From: an uncultured Acidobacteriota bacterium | GTDB lineage: Bacteria > Acidobacteriota > JAAYUB01 | Reading direction: 5' to 3' | NCBI GenBank assembly: GCA_964412195.1 | Contig: CAYPNP010000003.1 | Span: 160,386 to 224,385 of the forward strand | Length of the DNA: 64,000 nucleotides | Part shown: positions 50,793 through 58,781 of the stretch, in pieces | Position numbering within the stretch: position 1 is the first letter of the stretch | How the letters are laid out: each line of letters begins with the position of its first letter | The notes under the pieces: model-generated | Told to the model about the DNA's origin: nothing | Database searches by the model: none | The model's input: only the letters and a program-made list of their open reading frames with translations | Translations under genes and position numbers: made by a program

Positions 50793-51448
50793 TGCGCAGG
50801 AAGACTCTTACCCTATGGCGGACGGTGTGGCTGGCGGCCCTGCTGGCGGCGGGCGGTGGCGCGGCGGGCGCGGCCGGGCTGTCGCTGCGGGACCGGGTCG
50901 TGGCCGACGTGGCGGGGGAGCCCGTCACCCTCCGCCAGGTGCTCATCCTGGCCAGCCTGGAAGCCGGCCGGAAGGTCGACCCGTCGGAAGGGGGGCTCGT
51001 GGCGGCCGCGGTCCAGCGGGAGATCACCCAGGTCATCATCATGCGGGACATCGCCCGGAATCCGTCCTACGAGGAGGAGAAACCCGACGAGGCCGCGATG
51101 CGGCAAGCCCTCGAGCAGAAGTGCGGCGGGCCGGAGGCATTGCGCCGGCTGCAGGAGGAGCTCCAGCTGAAAGACGAGACGCTCGAGAGCTTCCTGCAGC
51201 GGCAGGCCCTGGCGGTCGCCTTTGTCCGGCTGCATTTCAATCCGTTCGTCTATGTGTCCGAGGAGGAGGCCCGGAAATACTATGCGGAGGTGTTCCTGCC
51301 CCGCCTCGGCGCCGGCGCCGCGCCGCCGGACTTTGAGAGCGTGCAGGCGAAAATCGTGGAGATCCTGCAGCAGCGCAAGATCAACGCCGAGTTCGACCAG
51401 TGGCTGGAGCGGCAGAGGAAGGAACTTCGAGTCAAGATCATTGAATGA
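50792..51448 (+). CDS. periplasmic protein downstream of bamA (SurA-N/Skp-like chaperone?)
   Basis: ATGA overlap with the bamA stop; signal peptide; helical; position equivalent to skp in Omp85 operons. Confidence 0.45.
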   Translation: MRRKTLTLWRTVWLAALLAAGGGAAGAAGLSLRDRVVADVAGEPVTLRQVLILASLEAGRKVDPSEGGLVAAAVQREITQVIIMRDIARNPSYEEEKPDEAAMRQALEQKCGGPEALRRLQEELQLKDETLESFLQRQALAVAFVRLHFNPFVYVSEEEARKYYAEVFLPRLGAGAAPPDFESVQAKIVEILQQRKINAEFDQWLERQRKELRVKIIE

Positions 51449-51560
51449 TTGCGAATTTCGAATTGCGAATTGCGGATTGTGGATTGCGGATTGCGGATTT
51501 TAAATTTCAAATCCTCAAACTCTTTTTCTCTGAATCCACCCCGTCCACCCGTCCACCCCG
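51449..51560. repeat. GCGAATT/GCGGATT heptamer array plus CCACCCG array
   Basis: tgcgaatttcgaattgcgaattgcggattgtggattgcggattgcggatt; ccaccccgtccacccgtccaccccgtccactctgtccacccggtcc. Confidence 0.75.
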
Positions 51561-51587
51561 TCCACTCTGTCCACCCGGTCCTCCGCT

Positions 51588-51628
51588 TCAAGATAAAGCC
51601 CCGGATCCCAACAGGAATCCGGGGCTTC
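51588..51628. terminator. bidirectional stem-loop terminator between convergent genes
   Basis: GCCCCGGATCCCAACAGGAATCCGGGGC hairpin with T-rich flank on the minus-strand reading. Confidence 0.55.
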
Positions 51629-51679
51629 GGAATTTCAACCGGCCGGCGGACTGGCTCGGACCACACTACCGGTTGAATG

Positions 51680-52459
51680 TCACCGCTGCAGCTTCTTGAC
51701 GTCCGCGTCGGTGAGCAGTTCGTTGGTCACGCCGAGGCAGAGCACCCGGGTGCGCACCTGGGTCTCGGCGATCCGCTTTTCCACCGCGGTCTGCACGAAG
51801 CCCTTCAGCAGCACCTTGTTGCCCTTCACGATGATGTGGATCGGGGGCAGCGCCCGGTTCGCGTAGCGCTCGAATCCGGGGTAGCCGTAGATCGCCCGGG
51901 CGGCGGCGGCCCGGATGGCGTCGTCGGACTGGGACAGCGGCAGCACCTCGATCTGGTTGTCGATCTGCCGGACGCCCGGCACGTCCTCGACCCGCTTCTC
52001 GTAGTCGGACTTGCGCCAGGGCTCGCGGGCGTAGCCGGTCAGGGTGACCACGCCGTTGACCACCCGGCCGTCCACCCAGTCGAAGATGTCGTAGAGGGCG
52101 TAGTTCCGGATGGCCTTGCCCACCTCGTCGGCGATGGCCTGGTCGCCCAGGTTCGACGGAGTGATGGTCACGTTGTCCACCACTTGCTGGATGTCGTCCA
52201 CGCCGTCCGTGGTCTCCTTCACCTGCCGGTGGGCGGCGAGGGTGGGGACGGCGCCGGACAGGGTGACCACGCCGTCGGCGACGGTCACCGTGACGTTGGC
52301 TCCCTTCAGATCCAGCTTGGCGATGCGGCGTTCGACGATGGACTTGATGGTGTCGTCGGACAGGCTGGCCTGCTTGTTCTGGGCCAGGGCGGGCAGGCTG
52401 AAGATGGCGATCGCGGTCAATCCAAAGAGCAGTAGCTGGGTGATGTTTCGTTTGAACAT
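51680..52459 (-). CDS. BON-domain periplasmic protein (OsmY-like, three BON repeats)
   Basis: Signal peptide; repeated VxVxVxxGVVTLxGxV BON motifs. Confidence 0.8.
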   Translation of the reverse strand: MFKRNITQLLLFGLTAIAIFSLPALAQNKQASLSDDTIKSIVERRIAKLDLKGANVTVTVADGVVTLSGAVPTLAAHRQVKETTDGVDDIQQVVDNVTITPSNLGDQAIADEVGKAIRNYALYDIFDWVDGRVVNGVVTLTGYAREPWRKSDYEKRVEDVPGVRQIDNQIEVLPLSQSDDAIRAAAARAIYGYPGFERYANRALPPIHIIVKGNKVLLKGFVQTAVEKRIAETQVRTRVLCLGVTNELLTDADVKKLQR

Positions 52460-52584
52460 GGTGTCCTCCTCATTCGTCAGAAACCATTGGACGCCGATTC
52501 GGCGTCATTGGTTCAAGATTTCGTAGATGGGCAAAGGTTTCACCGCCTCCGGCGGCCGGGAGCGGCGGAGGAAAGCCTTTCCGA

Positions 52585-54873
52585 TCAAGGGGTAAGCTTC
52601 AGCAGGACCACGCCGTGGGCGGGCACCGTGACCTCCAGCCCGCCGGTGGCCCGTCCCAGGCCCTTCTGCCGCCAGAGGTCCCGGGCGGCGGCTGCCTCGG
52701 GCAAGCCGGCGGCAGCGAAAGGCAGGCGGTAGGCGGCCGCCTTCGCCCCCAGGTTGAAGATCCCCACCGCCGTGCCGCCGTCCGCCAGCTCCTTCACCCA
52801 CACCTGGATGTCTCCCTGCCGGATCTTTGGGACGGCCTGTTTCCCCAGGGGGTCCTGGTCCAGGGCCAGCACCTCGTCGTTGGTCAGGAGGTTGAGGGTG
52901 AACGGGTCGAGCCGGGTCAGGTCGCAGCCGATCAGGAGGGGCGCCGACAAAAGGCACCAGAGGCTGATGTGGGCGTACTGCTCGTCGGGGGTGAGCCGGG
53001 TGGGGTGCAGGCTGGGGCCCCAGCCGACCCAGCCCACCACCAGCATGTCGGGGTCGTTCCAGTGCCCGGGGCCGGCGAACGGGGCGTTCTCCACCTGCGC
53101 GAAGCCGATGTCGCGCATGCTCTCCCAGCTGTCGGTGATATCGCCGGTGGTCCGCCAGAGGTTCCCGCCGACGGAGGCGCCCCATTCCCAGACCTTGCCC
53201 ATGCCGTACTGGCACAGGCTGTAGACGATGTCGCGGCCGGCTTCGTCGAGGGCGGCGCGCATGACCCGGTAGGGCGCCTGCAGCTCCGGCAGGGACTGGT
53301 CCCTGGCGATCTTCTCGTAGGAGCACCAGTCGTACTTCAGGTAGTCGACGCCCCACGCGGCGAACGAGCGGGCGTCGTTCCGCTCGTGCTGCCAGCTGGC
53401 CGTGTAGCCGCCGCAGGTGAGCGGCCCCGGCGAGCTGTAGATGCCGAACTTCAGCCCCAGGGCGTGGAGCTGGTCCCCCATCGCCTTCATGTCGGGGAAC
53501 TTCTCGTTGGTGAGGATGTTGCCGGCGGGGTCGCGCTTCGGCCGGTCCGAGTCCCCCTTGATTTCCCAGCCGTCGTCCACGTTGATGAAGGACCAGCCGT
53601 GGTCGAGCAGGCCCATCTCCCGGAAGACCCGGGCGCTGGCCAGCACCTTCTCCTGGTCCACCGCCAGGCCCCAGCAGTTCCAGCTGTTCCAGCCCATGGG
53701 CGGGGTGAGGGCGATGCGGTCGCCGATCTCCAGCCGGATGGTTTTCCGGGCCCGGCCGTACCGGTTCTGGGCGGTGAGGGCCACCGGATAGGACCCGGCT
53801 TTTTCCACCTTGCCGCGGATGATGCCGGTCTTCTTGTCGATGCGCAGGCCTTTGGGCAGGTGCTTGGCGGAAAAGGACATGGGGCGCTCGCCGGTGGCGG
53901 GCACGGCGAAGAGGAAGGGGCGGCCCGGCCGGGCGCCGTAGACCGCGGGGCCGTTGATCCGCGGCTCGTCGGGCGGCAGGGGCGTCAGGATGTAAGGCAC
54001 TTCCTCCGTGATGGAGACCGTCTCGGCCGTGCCGTCGAAGGCGAAATCGTAGTGGATGACGAAGGTCTGGAACGGCTCCAGGAGGTCCACTTTGAGCGGC
54101 ATGGACGCCCCCGGCTTCAGGTCCACCGGCGTGAGCTTCTCCATGACCACTTTCCCGTCACAAGGGGTCTCCGCCCGGATGCGCAGGGTGCCGGCCAGGG
54201 GGTGGTTGCCGCTGGTGTTGCGGGCGGAGAACTCTTTCGCCACCCGTCCGGCGACGTGGATGAAGGGCTGCCGGGCGCAGTCGACGTCGAGGTAGTCGGA
54301 CAGGGCCACCATGCGCAGGTGGGCGGTGCCCGACCAGAGGCCGCCCTGGCCGCCTTCGTCGTAGACGCGGACGGCGAGGACGTTCTCCTGGTCCCAGCGC
54401 AGGCGGGGGTCGTCGGGCGGGAGGATGTAGACGCGCTCCACGTTCCACAGGCTGGAGTCCGCCTTGAGGAAACCGGTGTCCGCCGGAGTTGAGGCCGGCA
54501 CGACCTTCCCGTTGACGCCGAACAGTGCGCCGTTGAGGTAGGATTGGTCGAAATTATTGATCTTGCCCAGGCAGAGGCGCAGGCCGTCCTGCAGGCGGGC
54601 CCGCTCCTTCAGGTGCGCCGGGAGGGTGAACCGCAGGCGGAACCAGGCGAAGCCGTCCAGCTTCTCGTAGCCCTGGTCCTCCCAGATCTTGTCCACCCGG
54701 ATGGGGACCCAGGCGGCGTCGTCGAACTCCGGCGCCGCCCAGGCCGGGTTGTCGCCGGGCTGGAACTTCCAGCCCTCGGTCAGGGGGATCGCTTCCTCGG
54801 CGGCCTTGGGAAGCCCGGTCGCGGCGGCCAACAGCAGGGCGAGGAGGACGCAGGTGCGTACGGCAGGGTGCAT
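52585..54873 (-). CDS. secreted GH27-family alpha-galactosidase with N-terminal accessory domains
   Basis: TPPMGWNSWNCWG and DYLKYDWC GH27 catalytic motifs; signal peptide. Confidence 0.8.
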   Translation of the reverse strand: MHPAVRTCVLLALLLAAATGLPKAAEEAIPLTEGWKFQPGDNPAWAAPEFDDAAWVPIRVDKIWEDQGYEKLDGFAWFRLRFTLPAHLKERARLQDGLRLCLGKINNFDQSYLNGALFGVNGKVVPASTPADTGFLKADSSLWNVERVYILPPDDPRLRWDQENVLAVRVYDEGGQGGLWSGTAHLRMVALSDYLDVDCARQPFIHVAGRVAKEFSARNTSGNHPLAGTLRIRAETPCDGKVVMEKLTPVDLKPGASMPLKVDLLEPFQTFVIHYDFAFDGTAETVSITEEVPYILTPLPPDEPRINGPAVYGARPGRPFLFAVPATGERPMSFSAKHLPKGLRIDKKTGIIRGKVEKAGSYPVALTAQNRYGRARKTIRLEIGDRIALTPPMGWNSWNCWGLAVDQEKVLASARVFREMGLLDHGWSFINVDDGWEIKGDSDRPKRDPAGNILTNEKFPDMKAMGDQLHALGLKFGIYSSPGPLTCGGYTASWQHERNDARSFAAWGVDYLKYDWCSYEKIARDQSLPELQAPYRVMRAALDEAGRDIVYSLCQYGMGKVWEWGASVGGNLWRTTGDITDSWESMRDIGFAQVENAPFAGPGHWNDPDMLVVGWVGWGPSLHPTRLTPDEQYAHISLWCLLSAPLLIGCDLTRLDPFTLNLLTNDEVLALDQDPLGKQAVPKIRQGDIQVWVKELADGGTAVGIFNLGAKAAAYRLPFAAAGLPEAAAARDLWRQKGLGRATGGLEVTVPAHGVVLLKLTP

Positions 54874-54924
54874 GGCTTCTCCTTCTCTTTCATCCCCCCG
54901 GGGGGGTATGCCAGTTAGATTGGC

Positions 54925-55398
54925 TCAACGGGCGGCCAGGATCCGGGCCAGGTCCTTTTCCAGTGACTGCTTCGGGGCCTCCACGATGCGGCCGATCTCC
55001 CGGCCGGACTGGAAGAAGAGGAATGTGGGCACCCGCTCGATGCCCATGCCCGCCGTGAGCCCGTCGGGATCCTGCTTGGAACGGTCGACGGCGATCCAGT
55101 GCACGCGGGACTCCGGCACGCGCAGGCGGTCCAGGAGCTTCATCAGCTTCGGGACCTGCTCCAGGCTGTCGTCGCACCAGGAGCCGAACACGGCGTAGAC
55201 CTCCAGCTCGGCGGGCAGGGCGGGGAAATCCTTCAGCGCCGCCTCTTCGGGCGCGTAGGCGTCGAAGCGCTCCTGGTAGGGCGGGAGCTGGGCCAAGATC
55301 TCCGCGCGGGGCAGCTCGCCCTCCAGCAGCGGCAGATCCGTCGCCAGGACCGCCCCCCCCAGCATCATCAAGGCCAACAACAAAGCAGATATTCTCAT
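54925..55398 (-). CDS. secreted thioredoxin-fold protein with monothiol WCDDS motif
   Basis: Signal peptide; VFGSWCDDS in place of WCxxC; start MRISALLL with RBS GGAGG. Confidence 0.55.
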   Translation of the reverse strand: MRISALLLALMMLGGAVLATDLPLLEGELPRAEILAQLPPYQERFDAYAPEEAALKDFPALPAELEVYAVFGSWCDDSLEQVPKLMKLLDRLRVPESRVHWIAVDRSKQDPDGLTAGMGIERVPTFLFFQSGREIGRIVEAPKQSLEKDLARILAAR

Positions 55399-55439
55399 TT
55401 GTTCTCCTCTCCGTGTCCTCCGTGCCTCCGTGGCCCGAT

Positions 55440-55630
55440 CCATTCAACGCAGATCCACGCTGATCTATTATGATTAATTAGGATCATTTAAAAGGTCTGG
55501 ATCATAAATGATCTTAAAAAGTCTGCGTCCATCTGCGTCGAATTCCCCTTTGCGTCCTTCGCGCCTTTGCGGTTCGATTCGAAATTCGCAATTCGCAATC
55601 CGCAATCCGCAATCCGCAATCCGCAATCCC
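55440..55630 (-). mobile_element. composite MITE-like dispersed element, copy 2 (inverted relative to copy 1)
   Basis: ttcaacgcagatccacgctgatctattatgattaattaggatcatttaaaaggtctggatcataaatgatcttaaaaagtctgcgtccatctgcgtcgaat followed by cgcaatccgcaatccgcaatccgcaatcc. Confidence 0.75.
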
Positions 55631-55633
55631 CAA

Positions 55634-56785
55634 TCAGAGGGAGCGCTCTAAAATCTCTGCCAATTCAGCCGGGGTCAGCGCCACCGGATTGCCCTGCATG
55701 CTGCTGGCCACCCGGGCGCGGTCCACCAGCGTGGGGATGTCGGTGGCGGTGACTCCGTAGGAGCGCAGGGGCGGGATCCGCAGGTCCCGGCACAGGCCGT
55801 CCACCCAGGCGATGGCCTTGGCGGCGCCGGGCGCCTGGCCGGTCAGGAGCCGGCCGAGCGAATCCATCCGGCGCAAGGCGTCGCTGCCGGGATCCCGCTC
55901 CCGCAGCGCCCGGTGGTTGGCTTCCAGCACCCGCGGCAGCAGCCGGGCGCACGCGGCGCCGTGGGGCGCCGGAAACATGCCGCCGAGGGGCGCCGCCAGG
56001 CCGTGCACCGCCCCCAGCCGGGCGTTGGCCAGGGCCATCCCGCCCTCGAGGCTCGCCAGGGAGAGGTCCTCGCGGGCGGCCGCGTCGTAACCGTCGAGGC
56101 AGGCGCGGCGCAGGCTGCGGGACACCCGGGGGATGCCGTCGCGGCACAGCCCGTCGACGAGCGGATTGGGGCGGTTGCAGAGGAACGGCTCCACCAGTTG
56201 AGTCAGGGCGTCTAGGCCGGTGCTGGCGGTGATCTCCGGGGGCAGGCCGTAGGTCAGTTCGGGGTCCACCAGGGCCACCCGGGGCAGCATCAGCGGGCTG
56301 CGCAGGCTGACCTTGACTTTGTGCTCCGGCGAGGCAAGCACGGCGTTGCGGGTGGCTTCCGATCCGGTGCCAGCGGTGGTCGGGACGGCAATCAGGGGAA
56401 CGGATGGCTTGACCAGCGGCCGGCCCTGGCCGACGACTTCGAGATACTCGAGCGGATCGCCGCCGTTGGCCAGCAGGGCCGCGACCGCTTTGGCCGTGTC
56501 CAGCGCGCTGCCGCCGCCGAAGCCGATGACCAGGTCGGTCCCTTCCGCGTCGGCCTGCGCCAGCGCCGTCCGGACCGTGTTCACCGACGGCTCGCCGGCG
56601 GACGAGAACACGGCGGCGGGCAGGCCGGCCTCCCGGAGCAGGGCCAGGAGCCGGCCGGCCCGGTCCGGCGAGGCGCCCGTGACCACCAGCGGCTTCCGCC
56701 CGAGGGAAGCGGCCAGCGGCCCGATTTCCTTCAAAGAGCCGGCCCCGAACAGGATCCGTTGCGCGGTGGCGAATTCGAATGGCAT
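55634..56785 (-). CDS. iron-containing (group III) alcohol dehydrogenase
   Basis: GGGSALDTAK NAD-binding motif; conserved His metal ligands; 383 aa. Confidence 0.85.
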   Translation of the reverse strand: MPFEFATAQRILFGAGSLKEIGPLAASLGRKPLVVTGASPDRAGRLLALLREAGLPAAVFSSAGEPSVNTVRTALAQADAEGTDLVIGFGGGSALDTAKAVAALLANGGDPLEYLEVVGQGRPLVKPSVPLIAVPTTAGTGSEATRNAVLASPEHKVKVSLRSPLMLPRVALVDPELTYGLPPEITASTGLDALTQLVEPFLCNRPNPLVDGLCRDGIPRVSRSLRRACLDGYDAAAREDLSLASLEGGMALANARLGAVHGLAAPLGGMFPAPHGAACARLLPRVLEANHRALRERDPGSDALRRMDSLGRLLTGQAPGAAKAIAWVDGLCRDLRIPPLRSYGVTATDIPTLVDRARVASSMQGNPVALTPAELAEILERSL

Positions 56786-56786
56786 G

Positions 56787-57098
56787 TTACCCCCAGCCGG
56801 CGTCGTCCGGAAACACGTTGGCGTATTTCACACTGGTGCGCGGCTCGGCCATCATCCCGGCCACGGCGTCGCGCCAGGCGGGATAGTGGGCCGTCTCCTT
56901 GTGGCGGGCGGCGTCCTCTGGGGTGCGGTAGACCTCCACCAGCAGGAAGCGGGCCGGGTCGCCGGCCTGCTGCAGCACGTCGAACCGGGCCACCCCCGGC
57001 TCGCGGCGGCTGGCCCGCGCGTTGGCCAGGGTGGCCTCGCAAAAGGCGTCGATGCTGTCGGCTTTCACGTGGACATTAACCATGACGATGAACATCAT
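56787..57098 (-). CDS. ABM-domain (antibiotic biosynthesis monooxygenase / quinol monooxygenase-like) protein
   Basis: 103-aa ferredoxin-like fold pattern [14 protein letters not shown]...[23 protein letters not shown]. Confidence 0.65.
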   Translation of the reverse strand: MMFIVMVNVHVKADSIDAFCEATLANARASRREPGVARFDVLQQAGDPARFLLVEVYRTPEDAARHKETAHYPAWRDAVAGMMAEPRTSVKYANVFPDDAGWG

Positions 57099-57099
57099 G

Positions 57100-57290
57100 C
57101 CTCCTCGGACCGGTGACGGATGACCGGTGACCGATCATGCTCACTCAAAAATAGAGAGCTTTCAACCAGCTTCGTGCTCGTGCTCGTATGGTACTCGTAA
57201 TCGTACTCGGGCCCGACGATCTGATCGATGACCGTTGACCGGTCACCCGTCATCCGTCATCGGTCATCTGTCACCGGTCCGGTTTCCCCA
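57100..57290. repeat. CCGGTGA/CCGATGA arrays (inverted pair) flanking a CGTGCTC/CGTAATC array
   Basis: ggtgacggatgaccggtgaccgatc ... cgtgctcgtgctcgtatggtactcgtaatcgtactcg ... gaccggtcacccgtcatccgtcatcggtcatctgtcaccggtcc. Confidence 0.75.
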
Positions 57291-58677
57291 TCGCGCTCCG
57301 CCGGAAGCCGTACAGGAAATAGATCAGCAGCCCGATCGCCATCCAGCCCAGGAACCGGTACCAGGTGATGAGCGGCAGGCTCAGCATCAGATAGGCGCAC
57401 AGGACGATGCCCAGCGCCGGCAGCACGGGGAAGAGCGGCACGAGGAAGGGGCGGTGGATGTCCTTCCGGGTGTAGCGCAGGACGATCACGCCGGCGCAGA
57501 CGATGATGAAGGCGAAGAGCGTGCCGATGGAGCACAGCTCCGCAGAGACGTCGATGGGGGTCATCGCCGCGAAAGCCGCTACGATGCAGCCGGTGAGAAT
57601 CGTGCTGAAGATCGGGGTCTTGAACCGGGCGTGGACGTTGGAGAGGAAGGGCGGCAGGAGACGGTCCCGCGACATGGCGAACAGGATGCGCGGCTGACCC
57701 AGCAGCAGCACCAGCAGGACGCTGGTGATGCCGGCGATGGCGCCCACACTGATCAGGGCCGACGCCCAGGGCAGGTCCAGCCGGTTGAGCACCAGCGCCA
57801 CTGGGTCGGCCACGTCGAGCTCCTTGTACGGGACGACTCCCGTCATGATGGCGGCGACGACCACGTAGAGCACCGTGGCCACGACCAGCGAGCCCATGAT
57901 CCCGATGGGCATGTCGCGTTGCGGATTGATGGCCTCCTCCGCGGTGGTGGAGACAGCGTCAAACCCCACGTAGGCCAGGAAGACGATGGCCGCCGCGGTC
58001 ATCACCCCCGCGAAGCCGAACGGCATGAACGGGTGCCACTTGGCCGGGTCCACATGCCACACCGCCAGCAGGATGAAGAAGAGGATCACGAAGATCTTGA
58101 CCAGGACGATCCCGAGGTTGACCCGGCTGCTCTCCTTGATCCCGCGGACCAGCAGCGCCGTCAGCAGCAGGACGATGGCCACCGCCGGCAGGTTGAAAAG
58201 CCCGGGGGTTTTGTCCCAGGGCGAGGCGACGAGGGCCTGCGGCAGCTGGATGCCCACCCCTGCCTGGAGCATGTTGACGAAGTAAGCGCTCCAGCCGGTG
58301 GACACCAGGACGGCGGCCACCATGTACTCCAGGATCAGGTCCCAGCCGATGATCCAGGCGAAGATCTCGCCCAGCGTGGCGTAGCCGTACGTGTAGGCGC
58401 TGCCGGCCACCGGGATCATGGCCGCCAGTTCGGCGTAGCACAGGGCGGAGCAGGCGCAGGCGGCCGCGGCGATGGCGAACGAGAGGATGATGCCCGGGCC
58501 GGCGTTCTTGGCCGCCTGGACGCCGGGCAGGACGAAGATGCCCACCCCGATGATGCAGCCGATGCCGATGGCCACCAGGTCCACGGCCCGCAGCGTCTTT
58601 TTGAGCCGGTGCCCCTCCTCCTGGGTTTCCTCGAGCAGGACCGCCAGCGGCTTGGTCCGGAGCAGGGGGTGGTTCAT
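57271..58677 (-). CDS. APC-superfamily amino acid permease
   Basis: 12 transmembrane helices; APC signature region AIGIGCIIGVGIFVLPG; start MNHPLL. Confidence 0.85.
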   Translation of the reverse strand: MNHPLLRTKPLAVLLEETQEEGHRLKKTLRAVDLVAIGIGCIIGVGIFVLPGVQAAKNAGPGIILSFAIAAAACACSALCYAELAAMIPVAGSAYTYGYATLGEIFAWIIGWDLILEYMVAAVLVSTGWSAYFVNMLQAGVGIQLPQALVASPWDKTPGLFNLPAVAIVLLLTALLVRGIKESSRVNLGIVLVKIFVILFFILLAVWHVDPAKWHPFMPFGFAGVMTAAAIVFLAYVGFDAVSTTAEEAINPQRDMPIGIMGSLVVATVLYVVVAAIMTGVVPYKELDVADPVALVLNRLDLPWASALISVGAIAGITSVLLVLLLGQPRILFAMSRDRLLPPFLSNVHARFKTPIFSTILTGCIVAAFAAMTPIDVSAELCSIGTLFAFIIVCAGVIVLRYTRKDIHRPFLVPLFPVLPALGIVLCAYLMLSLPLITWYRFLGWMAIGLLIYFLYGFRRSAMGKPDR

Positions 58678-58781
58678 TCTGAAATCCTCCACTGAGCGTA
58701 ATCAGGATCGTCGGATGATTTTTCAATTATACAGGCTTTCCCGCCCCATCGGTAGAGGCAGGCAACCGGGAAGATCCGGTC

